Both the position numbers and the translations under genes were made by a program. A DNA stretch of 62,427 bases, the filler included. It is 4 parts of 4 records of this genome, joined end to end, with 100 filler letters (N's around TTAATTAATTAA, not from the genome) between each part and the next. Parts side by side here need not be neighbours in the genome. Positions count along the whole stretch, not along the records: positions 44,944 to 53,939 come from SRR31156797_6282; positions 54,040 to 62,427 come from SRR31156797_6285; 2 more parts are not named here. The stretch is one strand, 5' to 3'. A model generated the notes under the pieces. The model had not been told where the DNA came from. It did no database searches and saw only the letters and a list, made by a program, of their open reading frames with translations. This document shows, piece by piece, positions 47,550-58,113 of this stretch (positions are counted from its first letter, which is position 1; each line of letters starts with the position of its first letter).

Positions 47550-48269
47550 TTAAAGAAACCGTTTATTTAAAAAAGCCTGAAATTTTTCTTTGTAATTTTC
47601 CGACACCGGAATGTACACTTTGTTATCAAAAACTATCCGAAACCGTTCAACGGTTGTTATTCTGTCGAGGTTTACAATATACGAACGATGAACCCTCATA
47701 AATGTATTAACAGGTAGTTTTTCCTCCAACGATTTCATACTAAGTAAAGACATTACGGGTTTTTGTGCAACCAAATGAATACGAACATATTCCTTCATTC
47801 CTTCCACATAAAGAATTTCGCTAAAATTTATACGTACTAATTTATATTCCGATTTTATAAAAAGAAATTCGTTGTTGCTTTCCAGTTTTTCTGGTGTTTT
47901 ATGAATTAGTTCGAATTGGGAGCGCGCCTTTGATGCAGCTTTTGAAAATTCGGCAAACGAAAAAGGTTTTAATAAATAATCGAGTGCATCAACTTTAAAC
48001 CCTTCTAAAGCATATTCGCTATATGCAGTGGTAAATATTAAAAGTGGCTTTTGCGACAACGATTTTACAAAATCAAGACCGTTTAAATCGGGCATATTTA
48101 TATCAACAAACATTAAATCGACCGAATTTTTTTCCAGTATTTCCATTGCCTGAAAAGCACTTGTACATTCGCTAACCAATTCCAAAAATGGAAGTTTCCG
48201 GATGTAAGCTGCCACTTGTTTTAAAGCCAAGGGTTCGTCATCGATAGCAATGCATTTAATTTTACCCAT
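47550..48269 (-). CDS. LytTR-family response regulator
   Basis: IDDEPLA, DINMP, DYLLKP and FMRVHRSYIVN. Confidence 0.95.
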   Translation of the reverse strand: MGKIKCIAIDDEPLALKQVAAYIRKLPFLELVSECTSAFQAMEILEKNSVDLMFVDINMPDLNGLDFVKSLSQKPLLIFTTAYSEYALEGFKVDALDYLLKPFSFAEFSKAASKARSQFELIHKTPEKLESNNEFLFIKSEYKLVRINFSEILYVEGMKEYVRIHLVAQKPVMSLLSMKSLEEKLPVNTFMRVHRSYIVNLDRITTVERFRIVFDNKVYIPVSENYKEKFQAFLNKRFL

Positions 48270-49359
48270 GAATCGGAAGTTTTATGTTTATTTCAAAATC
48301 CTTTTCACTTTCGTTTTGAATAAGTGAATAATCTTTCCCATAGATTAAATCCAGCCTTTTCTTAAGGTTTTCCAATCCAATTCCTCCTTTTTCACTCAAA
48401 CCGTTATTTGAAACTTGTTTGCTGTTTTTAATATTGAATATTAAAAACTCTTTGTTTGCATTCAAAGCTATGTTAATGAAAGAATTGGACTGATAACTTA
48501 CACCATGTTTAAATGCATTTTCAACCAATGAGGTAAAAAGCATGGGAGGAATTTGAATATTTGGAATTGTTTCGGGAAAAGAAAACTTAACTGAAACCTG
48601 ATCGGTAAATCTTAGTTTCATTAAATCGATATAACTTTTTATGAATTCGATTTCTTTTCCAAGTGTTGTTTTTCCCTGCTCCGTGTCGTACAATAAATAC
48701 CGCATTAATTTCGACAATTTTATTATCGACTCTTTTGCATCTTCGGAGTTAATATCAACTAAAGCATGAATATTATTCAGCGTATTCATGAAAAAATGCG
48801 GGCTAATCTGATTTTTTAAAAACGCCAGTTCGGTTTGCAATTTTTCTTTTTCCAACTCCTTGTTTTTTTGTTCTTCGGCCTGCCAAATTACAGTTACTTT
48901 AATAGCTGCGTTAAATCCTACCACCAATAAAGAAACCAGTGCATTATCAATCATTAAACGATGAAAAGGTCTCGGCCCGCGCAGATTTGGCCCTATTGGC
49001 AGTTCATTTCCAGGGGGTGGCATTTGACCACGCGGTGGCATTTGCATGGATTTGCCAGGTAAAAAATTAAGAAAATTATCTGCGAAATCGGCAAAAAATC
49101 CAGCTAATAAGATTAATACAGCTGTGAGCAAAAAATATAGAATTCGTTTATTACGAATAAAAAATTGAGGAAACAACAGATAATTGTGAACCAAAAAAAC
49201 TATTAAAAAAGGCAAAAACCGAATCCATTCGTGGATTACTTTTGACCATTCCAACCCAAAATCTGACTTTGAAATAAACACAGGCATTAAAAGTATAACC
49301 AACCATAGAATTATATAAATAATGGATTCTCCGCGTTTTATTTTGATTGAATAACTCAT
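48262..49359 (-). CDS. LytS-type sensor histidine kinase
   Basis: TM segments; LKNQISPHFFMNTLNNI, ENAFKHG and GIGLEN. Confidence 0.94.
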   Translation of the reverse strand: MSYSIKIKRGESIIYIILWLVILLMPVFISKSDFGLEWSKVIHEWIRFLPFLIVFLVHNYLLFPQFFIRNKRILYFLLTAVLILLAGFFADFADNFLNFLPGKSMQMPPRGQMPPPGNELPIGPNLRGPRPFHRLMIDNALVSLLVVGFNAAIKVTVIWQAEEQKNKELEKEKLQTELAFLKNQISPHFFMNTLNNIHALVDINSEDAKESIIKLSKLMRYLLYDTEQGKTTLGKEIEFIKSYIDLMKLRFTDQVSVKFSFPETIPNIQIPPMLFTSLVENAFKHGVSYQSNSFINIALNANKEFLIFNIKNSKQVSNNGLSEKGGIGLENLKKRLDLIYGKDYSLIQNESEKDFEINIKLPIHG

Positions 49360-49429
49360 CCCTTAATTTTTGTGAAGATAATTAAAATCAAATTAACCTT
49401 TATCCGATTTATTATTGCGTATTGATTGT

Positions 49430-51214
49430 TTATCTCCTTTCTGCCCAGGTTCCAAAGGCCTGTTTTTCAAAATGCATACTTCCATTTTCACCTTTAAAAA
49501 TATTAATCCAGGCTTTCCAGTTTTCGTTGTCAATATTGGGGTAATCTAAACGATAATGGCTACAACGACTTTCGGTTCTCATAATCGATGCTTTTAATTT
49601 CATTTCAGCACTGATTATCATATTTTTTGTTTCAAACACCAGTCTAAGTTCATGCATATCAGCAGCTCGCAGGTTTGGCATGTGATGGTCACGTAATTCT
49701 TCAATATAAGTTAGTGCTGCTTGCATAAGATTTTCCTTTTTAATGTAGGTGATAAAATTAGGTATCATAATTCCCTGTAATGTTTGTGTTACCCACGCCG
49801 GACTATAACCTGATTCTCTTTTCAATGGAGCTAAAATTTCATTTTCAATTTCATTCTGTTTTGCTTCGGAAATTACTGGTCTTCCAAGCCCCTTTGAATA
49901 TTCGGCAGCTGTTTCTCCTGCGATAGCACCCTGTACAGCAGAACCTGCCAGCGACGATCCAATTTGTGTATAAATAGCGCCTGCCATATAAGAGCCCAAC
50001 GCATCGCCGGCAGCAAACAATCCGGGAATAGTTGTTTCACATTTCTCGCTAACAGGGACAACTCCCTCCGATTTATGGATGGCCATTCCAGCAGATGAGC
50101 CACCAACTGTTGTCCCGCCCATTCCCGGAGGTGCTCCACCTTCTGAAGGGCCACTACCTGATTTAGTTCCAATTCTTTCTCTTTTAGGAGCTCGTCTTTC
50201 TCCATCCGATGGCGGTGGGCCATCTGGTCTGCTTTCTTCTGCATTAAATCCTTCTGGCCGTTGCGGTCCACCACCAAAAGATGACCCTCCTCCAGTTCCC
50301 GGTCTGCCCATTGAAACAGGGTTACCTCCCATGTACGCCTGATAATTTAAATCAACACCTAAATCGTGTCGGATTCCAATTCCGGTTGTTCCAGGTTTCC
50401 GTTCAAACATACCATGCCAACCGTCGAAACAAGCAGCTGGATTGGTTGCCTGCCCAGGGTGCCCATCGTTCCATTCTTTCCCCGTAACTTTTGCACCAAT
50501 GTTGTAAGCCATAATTGTTCCATCGTGTGTAAGGTCGCAAATAGGAAAACCATTGGGTTTAAAACCTCCTGCTCCTGTACATAAAATCACACTATTGGCT
50601 TTGAAGAAATGTACCTTTTGATCGTCTGCGCTAAATCCGGCTGCTCCCGTAATTTTTCCGTTTTCTTTTATTAAATGTGTTATAGTAGTCCTTTCAATTA
50701 AAGGGATATTTCGTTCTGAAATGGGTGTACTAAACGATTTATTATAAAGTGGAGATTCGAAAAATCCCTACTCACGTAATTCTTTTACACGCTCCAGCGA
50801 ATTTTCTGCCATTTGACGCGTATAAACCTGATTGTTGGTTCCTAATGCTGATGCGGAAACTTGCTTAACAAACTCATCAAGGCTCATTTCTTCATTTTTA
50901 GGATCGAAGGCAAAAATACCTTTGGCAAATGGAGTTTGCCCCGATGAACCAAGTTTGCCTTTAGAAACCATTACAACATTTGCACCTGCATCGTGTGCTT
51001 TTAATGCTGCAAATAAACCAGCCATGCCACCACCAATTACCAGAACATCGGTTTCGTATTCGAGTTTACTAAAATTCGTGGATTCTATTTTCGGCAGGTT
51101 TGGTGCCCACCCCGATAATGTTGAGGTTCCGATTATTGCTGCTCCGGCTGTTCCGGCAGCCATTCCTAAAAAATGCCTTCTGGAAATATCTTTATTTCTT
51201 TTAAAATAATTCAT
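49430..51214 (-). pseudogene. Tat-exported FAD oxidoreductase (AprA/SdhA/NadB superfamily) interrupted by one in-frame TAG at 50768-50770
   Basis: The 148-aa and 386-aa ORFs share a frame with 59 open codons between them. SRRHFL Tat motif, IGGGMAG, VILCTG, PGLFAAGD and RTESRCSHYRLDYP. Confidence 0.85.
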
Positions 51215-51215
51215 A

Positions 51216-51848
51216 TCAAACTTTTTGAGGCGTTTTTTTGAGGTACATTTTTAATAAAATAAGTATACCCACTGAAGCAAGAATTAGAATAAAAACCGAC
51301 ATAATTTTTTCGGTATGACGCCCTAGTTCAATGGCGTGCCAGCTTGCCAGAGAAATAAAAACGATGGAAAGTACTCCATGAATTAAACGCCAGGTTTTGT
51401 ATGTAAAGGGCAATCGATTTCTGAACAAAGAAGATAATCCGACAAGAAGCATCAAACACCAAGCAACTATTCCCAATACAACGCCTAAACTATTAAAAGT
51501 TGTAATCAATATAAGAAAGGCTTCTTTGGGTTCAATCCCAGCTTCGAAATAACGTGGAACTACTATCAGGAATGGATGTACTAAAAGAATACTTACAAAA
51601 ATATAGCCGATAAATTTATGCCATTTAACTACTTTGCTTATTCGGTGCTCTTGAATAATATACCAATTGCTACGTGCCAAATAAAACTGACCAAGCAACA
51701 TCGAAAATGCAACCAATGTAATTAATGAAATTGCTTCTTTTAAAAAGCTTCTCCTGGGTACATCGCCTAAAAACCAAAAGAGTATTGGTAAACCGATAAA
51801 AACCAATATTGCTGTTAATCGATTGTAAATTTTTATTTTGTTTTCCAT
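51216..51848 (-). CDS. Ferric reductase-like transmembrane (heme b) protein
   Basis: KWHKFIG...VHP and YKTWRLIH...WH His pairs; about six TMs. Confidence 0.8.
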   Translation of the reverse strand: MENKIKIYNRLTAILVFIGLPILFWFLGDVPRRSFLKEAISLITLVAFSMLLGQFYLARSNWYIIQEHRISKVVKWHKFIGYIFVSILLVHPFLIVVPRYFEAGIEPKEAFLILITTFNSLGVVLGIVAWCLMLLVGLSSLFRNRLPFTYKTWRLIHGVLSIVFISLASWHAIELGRHTEKIMSVFILILASVGILILLKMYLKKTPQKV

Positions 51849-51876
51849 AATTAATAATTGTGGTTTGTAACGTTTA

Positions 51877-52092
51877 TTATCCCCACGAGACAATTACCGG
51901 AATTGATTTCTCGGGAGAAATCGTAATCGCATCAACCGGACAATACATTCGGCACAAATGACAAATTTGACAGTCGGCAGAATATTTAATCTCTGCTCTT
52001 TTATCGATTGGATTTATCCGAATTACATCGGTTGGGCAAGTAGACATGCAAGTTCCGCAACCTATACACCCATTTATACTTTTTATCGTCAT
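51877..52092 (-). CDS. 2x[4Fe-4S] ferredoxin (AprB-like)
   Basis: CIGCGTCMSTCP and CQICHLCRMYCP. Confidence 0.92.
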   Translation of the reverse strand: MTIKSINGCIGCGTCMSTCPTDVIRINPIDKRAEIKYSADCQICHLCRMYCPVDAITISPEKSIPVIVSWG

Positions 52093-52287
52093 AAATTAAT
52101 TTATAAGCGAAATAAGAACGGCATCTGCGTATTTTTGATACTTTCAATAAATCAGCAGAATACCGTTCTATCCCCAAACACTCATTATTGTTAAATATTT
52201 ATGAAACATCAAAAATGATGCTTTTATGATTCTTTAATTCTTCTAATTTTTAAAATAACAGCTTTCGTCCTTTAATAGAAAAAAGAT

Positions 52288-52338
52288 TCAACGAATCGGA
52301 TTTTTTTATCAACCAATCAGAAATTTTTGTAGATGAAT
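52288..52338 (-). promoter_or_regulatory. LytTR-type direct repeats upstream of the ferredoxin operon
   Basis: TCAACGAAT (52288), TCAACCAAT (52309) and a weaker TAGATGAAT (52330); 9 bp plus 12-bp spacer. Confidence 0.65.
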
Positions 52339-52348
52339 TAGTATTGGT

Positions 52349-52380
52349 AAAAAAAAGGGAGACCGAAAATCAGCCTCCCC
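52349..52380 (-). terminator. Rho-independent terminator
   Basis: GGGAGGCTGA-TTT-TCGGTCTCCC followed by a T-run on the minus strand. Confidence 0.75.
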
Positions 52381-52411
52381 TAAAACAAATGTTATTTAAA
52401 ACTAAATCTAA

Positions 52412-52810
52412 TTACCTGTTTGGTCGCTCTCTTCCCTTAAGTTGTTGTCGATTTTTTTTCTGATAATCAGCAAAATGCTTTTGCTGATCTTTATTTAAAA
52501 CTTTATTTACTTCTTTTTCGAATTTGGTTTCTAATACTTCCATTTCTTTTGGTTCGGGTCTCCCGTTTTTTAGTTTGCCTTTAATCTCATCGAAATGTGT
52601 AACATATAATTTCGAAACCTGTAACTTTTGTTCGTCTGTTAATGAAAGTTCTTTTGATACTTCATTAACCATTTTTTGTATTTGTTTTGAACTTGGAATT
52701 TGGGGCGGTCTTTGCTGGCCTCCTCCAGGAGGTTGTGCACTAATATTACCAATTGAAAATGCCATCATAAAAATGAAAATACTAATGTTAGTAATAATAA
52801 ATTGTCTCAT
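52412..52810 (-). CDS. Exported helical protein (Spy/CpxP/DUF4890-like)
   Basis: Signal peptide; LSLTDEQK and VLNKDQQK (LTxxQ-type repeats). Confidence 0.7.
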   Translation of the reverse strand: MRQFIITNISIFIFMMAFSIGNISAQPPGGGQQRPPQIPSSKQIQKMVNEVSKELSLTDEQKLQVSKLYVTHFDEIKGKLKNGRPEPKEMEVLETKFEKEVNKVLNKDQQKHFADYQKKNRQQLKGRERPNR

Positions 52811-52979
52811 TTCTTTACGGTTTTATATTTGTACTAATTGCCTGAATTCTATTTGCTACAGTAGCTAGTTTCTTAAAAAAACAACATTCCTTAAAAACCC
52901 ATTTCTTTTGTTTTCATTGTTGTTATTCTTTAGATTCTATATCAAAGAAATAGTTATGTGCCGTCATTAAAAAATGCAA

Positions 52980-53009
52980 TCAACGAATGAGAAGATTTTA
53001 TCAACAAAT
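52980..53009 (-). promoter_or_regulatory. LytTR-type direct repeats upstream of the 132-aa gene
   Basis: TCAACGAAT (52980) and TCAACAAAT (53001), 21-bp period. Confidence 0.65.
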
Positions 53010-53030
53010 GCGTTATACCCATACAAAGAA

Positions 53031-53068
53031 AAGCCGGAATACTATTTCAAACAGTAGTATTCCGGCTT
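53031..53068 (-). terminator. Terminator hairpin after the CotH gene
   Basis: Perfect 14-bp stem AAGCCGGAATACTA...TAGTATTCCGGCTT. Confidence 0.75.
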
Positions 53069-53099
53069 ACATAAAAAGGCGAATTTGCGCCACTTATTT

Positions 53100-53939
53100 T
53101 CAATTCAAATAACTATTAACCGCATTGTTTCTTGTTTGTGCATGAGTTTTTAAAGATGCTACACCAGAGTCGAATTGACTATTTGAATTGATAAAAGTAT
53201 AACCCGACAATTCTGCGTACGCATATTCTTTTAACAAATCGTAATAGGCTGAATAAGTTGAAATCATATTGGAAGGAATAAATACCTCGCTGATAAATTG
53301 TTGCAAATATGCTTCGTAAACAGCTTCATATTCGGGCTGAGCGATAATGTATTTTATTAGTGGCCAGCTGCTTCCTACTTCACTCATTGAAAAGCTAAGT
53401 GCACCGCCATTTTTCCCGGTTTGGAATGCTTCGTTGTGGTCCCAGGGAATCCAAGTTAAAAGATTATTATCCGGATTATTATATAAATAATAATTATGTG
53501 TCATTCGTCCATAGGTATCCCAATTCTGAATTGTGTTATTCGCAGCCAGGTATTTCAAAAATACATCAACGTTAAAAACACTTTCAAGGTTTGTTTTCCA
53601 TGTTTCCACATCCGAAGTTCTTGTTGAACTGTTGATGACATCGTACAATGCTTTTACATCAGTATAATTAGCCGAATCTTCGTTTGTTTTTAGTTCCATT
53701 TCGCTGGTATTGTAAGAGCTACTTGCAAATGAAGCTGCATCGCCATCGGGTTTGTAAAGATTGCCCAAACCGCTGGCAAACTGTGTTTTAATAACGGTGT
53801 CATCTACTTCTTCAACCAAAGTATAAACCCCGTAATATTGTGGTCCACTTCCATTATCAAGATAAATTACACAAAATGCAGTTTCCGATGATGCCAAACC
53901 ATATTGCCGAAATAAATCGGCGCCAACTTTTTCGCGCAT
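53100..53939 (-). CDS. CotH kinase family protein, C-terminal part (truncated by contig end)
   Basis: YYGVYTLVEEVD, NWDTY...HNYYLY and WIPWD. Confidence 0.88.
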   Translation of the reverse strand: MREKVGADLFRQYGLASSETAFCVIYLDNGSGPQYYGVYTLVEEVDDTVIKTQFASGLGNLYKPDGDAASFASSSYNTSEMELKTNEDSANYTDVKALYDVINSSTRTSDVETWKTNLESVFNVDVFLKYLAANNTIQNWDTYGRMTHNYYLYNNPDNNLLTWIPWDHNEAFQTGKNGGALSFSMSEVGSSWPLIKYIIAQPEYEAVYEAYLQQFISEVFIPSNMISTYSAYYDLLKEYAYAELSGYTFINSNSQFDSGVASLKTHAQTRNNAVNSYLN

Positions 53940-54039
53940 NNNNNNNNNNNNNNNNNNNNNNNNNNNNNNNNNNNNNNNNNNNNTTAATTAATTAANNNNN
54001 NNNNNNNNNNNNNNNNNNNNNNNNNNNNNNNNNNNNNNN
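53940..54039. other. Artificial contig linker
   Basis: N-run with TTAATTAATTAA at 53984-53995. Confidence 0.98.
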
Positions 54040-56319
54040 TTCTCCCAATACATATCCGGTATAAAATGCAATTGTGCTTAACCATTTATACGAAGGAATG
54101 TTCGAATTTCCAAGCGAACCAATACCAGCTCTCACTTTTAAGTTGCTGATTACTTCATTATCTTTTAAGAAATTTTCTTCACTCAGTCGCCATCCTGCTG
54201 ATACCGACGGGAACACTCCCCATTTATTTCCAGGTGCAAATACCGATGAACCATCGCGGCGTATATTCGCTTGTAACAAATATTTATTGTCGAATGAATA
54301 ATTTATTCTTCCAAACTGCGAATGCAACGTACTGATGGCTGAAGTTCCTGAATTGTTTTTGTCTTCGCTACCAGCATTAATTGTTTGCAAACTATTTCTC
54401 GGAAAGGTATTTCTATAGGCCGACAAAGAAGCAGATTCAGTCTTTTGAGCAGAGATACCGGCAAGTACATCAATATGGTGTTTATTAAAATCTTTAGCAT
54501 AAGTAAGCAGATTCTGCCATTCCCACCTAAAATAGTTACTGTGGCTCGCCGTCATTTCTGCCGGACTATGATAACGGTAAGGTACTTCATGTTCGGTATC
54601 ATCAGGGCGATAAGAAAACCATTCGGGATTAAATTCCTCATTATAACTATCGAAAGAGGACATATTAAAAACGGTTTTGGCTTTTAATCCGGGAAGAATA
54701 CCTAATTCAGCATAAAAATTTATTGTTGAGGCATTGGAAGTATAGCTGTTTTCTGTTCCAATGTACGACATGGTTGGTGTATCATCCTGAATTAAATCTT
54801 CTCCTGTACCTTCTCTGGGTGTACCCGGTAAACCATCGGAATTATAAATCGGAATTGTAGGAGGTGTGCGCATAGCGTTCACTATGCTGGCATTTTTGGT
54901 GTCGTTCCAGGTTTTGTAATGATAGGTTCTTACGCCTGCACTAAATTTGTCTGTTAAATACTCAATATTGCTTCGAACACTGGCTCTCTGGTAATTATCA
55001 CCAATAAGGATTCCTTCCTGGTCGAAATAATTCAGGTTAACAGCATAACGTACTTTTTTTAATCCTCCGCTTGCCGAAACGTTATAATCCTGCACCTGTC
55101 CGGTTCGAAGTACATAATCAAACCAATCAGTGTTTGTGGTCTGATTTTCAGGAGCCTGGTCTCCAACCCAGTATTCCATCCCGGTTCTGGCCATAGTTGC
55201 CTCGTTCATTTTTCTTGCCCATTCCTGCGAATCAAGCATTTCCGGAATATTGGTAGCTTGTTGTACACCGTATCTCGCATTTACACTAATTTTCATTTCC
55301 TGATTCAGACTTCCGTTTTTAGTTGTTATCAGTATAACTCCATTAGCTGCACGTGCTCCATAAATAGATGCCGAGGCTGCATCTTTTAATACTGTAATTG
55401 TTTCAACATCGTTTGGCGAAACCTGGTTTATACTACCTTCAAAACCATCTATAATTACCAGCGGATCAACATTTGAATACACCGAGCCAACTCCCCTGAT
55501 ACGTATGGTCGATCCTGAACCAGCCTGGGCCGATGACTGGGCAACATGCAAACCTGGCAATCGACCTGATATGGCGGTACTAACACTGGAAGAACTTGTT
55601 TTTACCAGTTCGCTTCCTTTGGCTGATGATATAGATCCGGTGAGATCGCTCTTTTTTAATGTTCCATAACCAATGGCAATTACTTCCTCTAGCCCTATTG
55701 CATCTACTTCCATTGTTACATCTATGGTTGATTTTCCGCTAACAGGGACTTCGGCAGTTTTCATTCCTACAAAAGAAAACAGCAATATGGCATCCTCCGG
55801 AACGTCTGTAATTGTGTACGTTCCATCAGAACTGGTTACTGTTCCATTCGTTGTTCCTTTAATAAGAATTGTTACACCAGGAAGAGAAACTCCTTCTGAA
55901 TCTGAAACCTTACCGGAAACAGATTTTTTTTGTTGAATACTTTTAATGGATTGTTTTGAATCGGCAGGAGAAAGAATAATCTGACGATCCATTACTTCGT
56001 ATTTTATACCTGCTTCCTTTGAAACCTCATCAAGAATCTCGGCAATCTTCTTATTTCTAAATTCGCCGCTAACTTTTTGGTTTACATCAATTTCTCCGGT
56101 GTAGAAGAACCGGAATTCACTTTGATTTTCAATTCTTACTAAAAATTCTTCCAATGTAATTTGTTCAACTTTTATTGAAAGTCGGGTAGTTTGAGAGTAA
56201 GTTTCGGATGCGAAAACTCCGAAAAAAGTTGCTAGTAATAAAAATACCGTTAGCTTCATAACTTTAAGCATTTTCCACACCCATGGATTTTCTCCATGGA
56301 TAGTTCGTTTTTTTTCCAT
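54040..56319 (-). CDS. SusC/RagA TonB-dependent transducer with N-terminal STN domain (3' truncated)
   Basis: STN and CarboxypepD-like domains; LKDAASASIYGARAANGVILITTK and RRDGSS. Confidence 0.95.
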
Positions 56320-56330
56320 AATTTTGAATT

Positions 56331-56403
56331 GGTTTGAATAAGTAATTGTGATTATTTATTAACTACTAAAGAAGCGGGAAGTGCGAGTTCTTGCTTCTTT
56401 TTG
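56331..56403 (+). ncRNA. Candidate cis-antisense sRNA (DonS-like); ends approximate
   Basis: Bacteroidota -7 motif TAATTTTG (56319-56326) on the antisense strand over the susC start codon; plus-strand terminator 56368-56402. Confidence 0.55.
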
Positions 56404-56489
56404 TTTTATAGCCTGGTAGTTCCGCAGGACGAATGTTTTAACTCATAAGCATATTTCGTTTTAGTTTTAAATCGGTACACAAAAATGTG

Positions 56490-57467
56490 TTATTTTGCTT
56501 CTATTAAAAATTCACGTGTTTTTTCGTTGAAATTATACTTTACAGGTGCCGCTTTACTAATCATTTCCATAACTTCACTAATCGACTCCATTTCAATGGT
56601 ACCGGTATACCATAATTCATCAAGTTCAGGATCAGAATAAATAATTTTTACATTATACCATCTTTCCAGTTTGCGTATAAAATCAGGAAAAGGTTCGCGA
56701 TTAAATATTAGTTTCCCTTCTTTCCAGGAGGTGAAATATTTCGTTTCAACATTTTTTATTGTAAAGCCTTTTTCTGCTTTTACAATTTGTTCGCCGGGTT
56801 TTAAGGTAACTCCATTTGTCGATCCTTTTACCTTGAATGCCACAATCCCTTCTACCAGTGTTGTTTCAAAAGAATTGTTGTCGGTATAAGCATTAACATT
56901 AAATGAAGTTCCCTTTACTTCCACATCACCATAATGGGTAGAAACAATAAATGGTTTTTTGCTTTTAACTACCTCAAAAAAAGCTTCGCCAACCAGTTTA
57001 ACGTTTCTTGCTTTCCCAAATGCTACTGGATATGAAAATTTTGACCCGGAATTTAACCAAACTATTGAACCATCAGGTAGTTTGTATTTTGTTTTTGCCC
57101 CGTAAGGCGTTGTAATTGTTTGTAATTGATCTGCAAGTTTTGAATCGGTGTGGGTTGCAAAAAATATTGTGCTTGAAAGTAATGCAATTACCAGTACAGC
57201 AGCCACGCGTAACATAAGCGAATACATCTGTATCTTTTTATTTGCCAGCTTTTGTTTATCAAGCGAGATCGTTTCCTTAATTCGTTTAAAAAGTTCAGGA
57301 TTCTCTTTTGGGGCAATTTCGGGATCATTCATTTCTTTAGACCAAAGGTTTTTCATCATGGCAAAGAGAGCAGATTCATTTTCCTTTCCCGAAAAAAGAT
57401 CAGCTATCTTGTTGAATTCACCAGGCTTAAGTGTTGAATGATAATATTTATGGAATAAATGTTTCAT
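56490..57467 (-). CDS. FecR-family anti-sigma factor
   Basis: Single TM; LPDGSIVWLNSGS, GEAFFEV, GTSFNV and SWKEG. Confidence 0.93.
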   Translation of the reverse strand: MKHLFHKYYHSTLKPGEFNKIADLFSGKENESALFAMMKNLWSKEMNDPEIAPKENPELFKRIKETISLDKQKLANKKIQMYSLMLRVAAVLVIALLSSTIFFATHTDSKLADQLQTITTPYGAKTKYKLPDGSIVWLNSGSKFSYPVAFGKARNVKLVGEAFFEVVKSKKPFIVSTHYGDVEVKGTSFNVNAYTDNNSFETTLVEGIVAFKVKGSTNGVTLKPGEQIVKAEKGFTIKNVETKYFTSWKEGKLIFNREPFPDFIRKLERWYNVKIIYSDPELDELWYTGTIEMESISEVMEMISKAAPVKYNFNEKTREFLIEAK

Positions 57468-57531
57468 ATTTGTGCTTCTCTAATTAGTATACACAGCAGA
57501 AAGACTTATCCCTTGTAGAAAAACAAAAAAA

Positions 57532-58113
57532 TCAGAAAAAAAGATAAAAATACAGTAACGACATGATCCCTAAGTTGCTTAGTTTTGACTTTAAGTGTTT
57601 TATTGCCAGCGATATATGGTATTCTACTGTTTTTGTTTTTATTTCCAGTTTATTTCCAATTTCTTTATGAGAAAGGCCTTCTTTTCTACTTAGAAGAAAT
57701 ATTTCTTTCTGGCGTTCCGGCAATTCATCGATAAATAAATTTATCTTTTCTTCCAGCTCCTGAAATTCTATTTCATCGGATAATGAATATTCAGGAGCAA
57801 TGGAAAGCTTTTTAACCTCATTTTTTAAACCCTGGTCGTTAAGCTTTCTCCTAATTTCATTTAACAAAAGGTTACGAGTGATAGTAAAGATGTAGGAGTT
57901 AAAAGTTGCGGTAGATCTTATATTTTTTCTGTTTTGCCATATTTTTACAAAAACTTCCTGAAGAATATCATCGATACCTTCTTCCAGTTTTAATATAGCT
58001 TTCGAAAAATTGAATAACCTTGGGTAATAGTAATTAAATAAATCTTCGAGCGGAGCATCATTGTCCCTGGCCAGCTCTTTTACGATGTTCTCCAGATCTA
58101 TTTGCTTAGTCAT
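57532..58113 (-). CDS. ECF sigma-70 factor
   Basis: DDILQEVFVKIW and LPERQKEIFLLSR...LSHKEI...KTVE. Confidence 0.93.
   Translation of the reverse strand: MTKQIDLENIVKELARDNDAPLEDLFNYYYPRLFNFSKAILKLEEGIDDILQEVFVKIWQNRKNIRSTATFNSYIFTITRNLLLNEIRRKLNDQGLKNEVKKLSIAPEYSLSDEIEFQELEEKINLFIDELPERQKEIFLLSRKEGLSHKEIGNKLEIKTKTVEYHISLAIKHLKSKLSNLGIMSLLYFYLFF

Noticed and set aside
50768-50770. Pyrrolysine recoding
   Set aside because: No pyl genes are in view, this is not a known Pyl protein family, and a TGG-to-TAG change explains it more simply.
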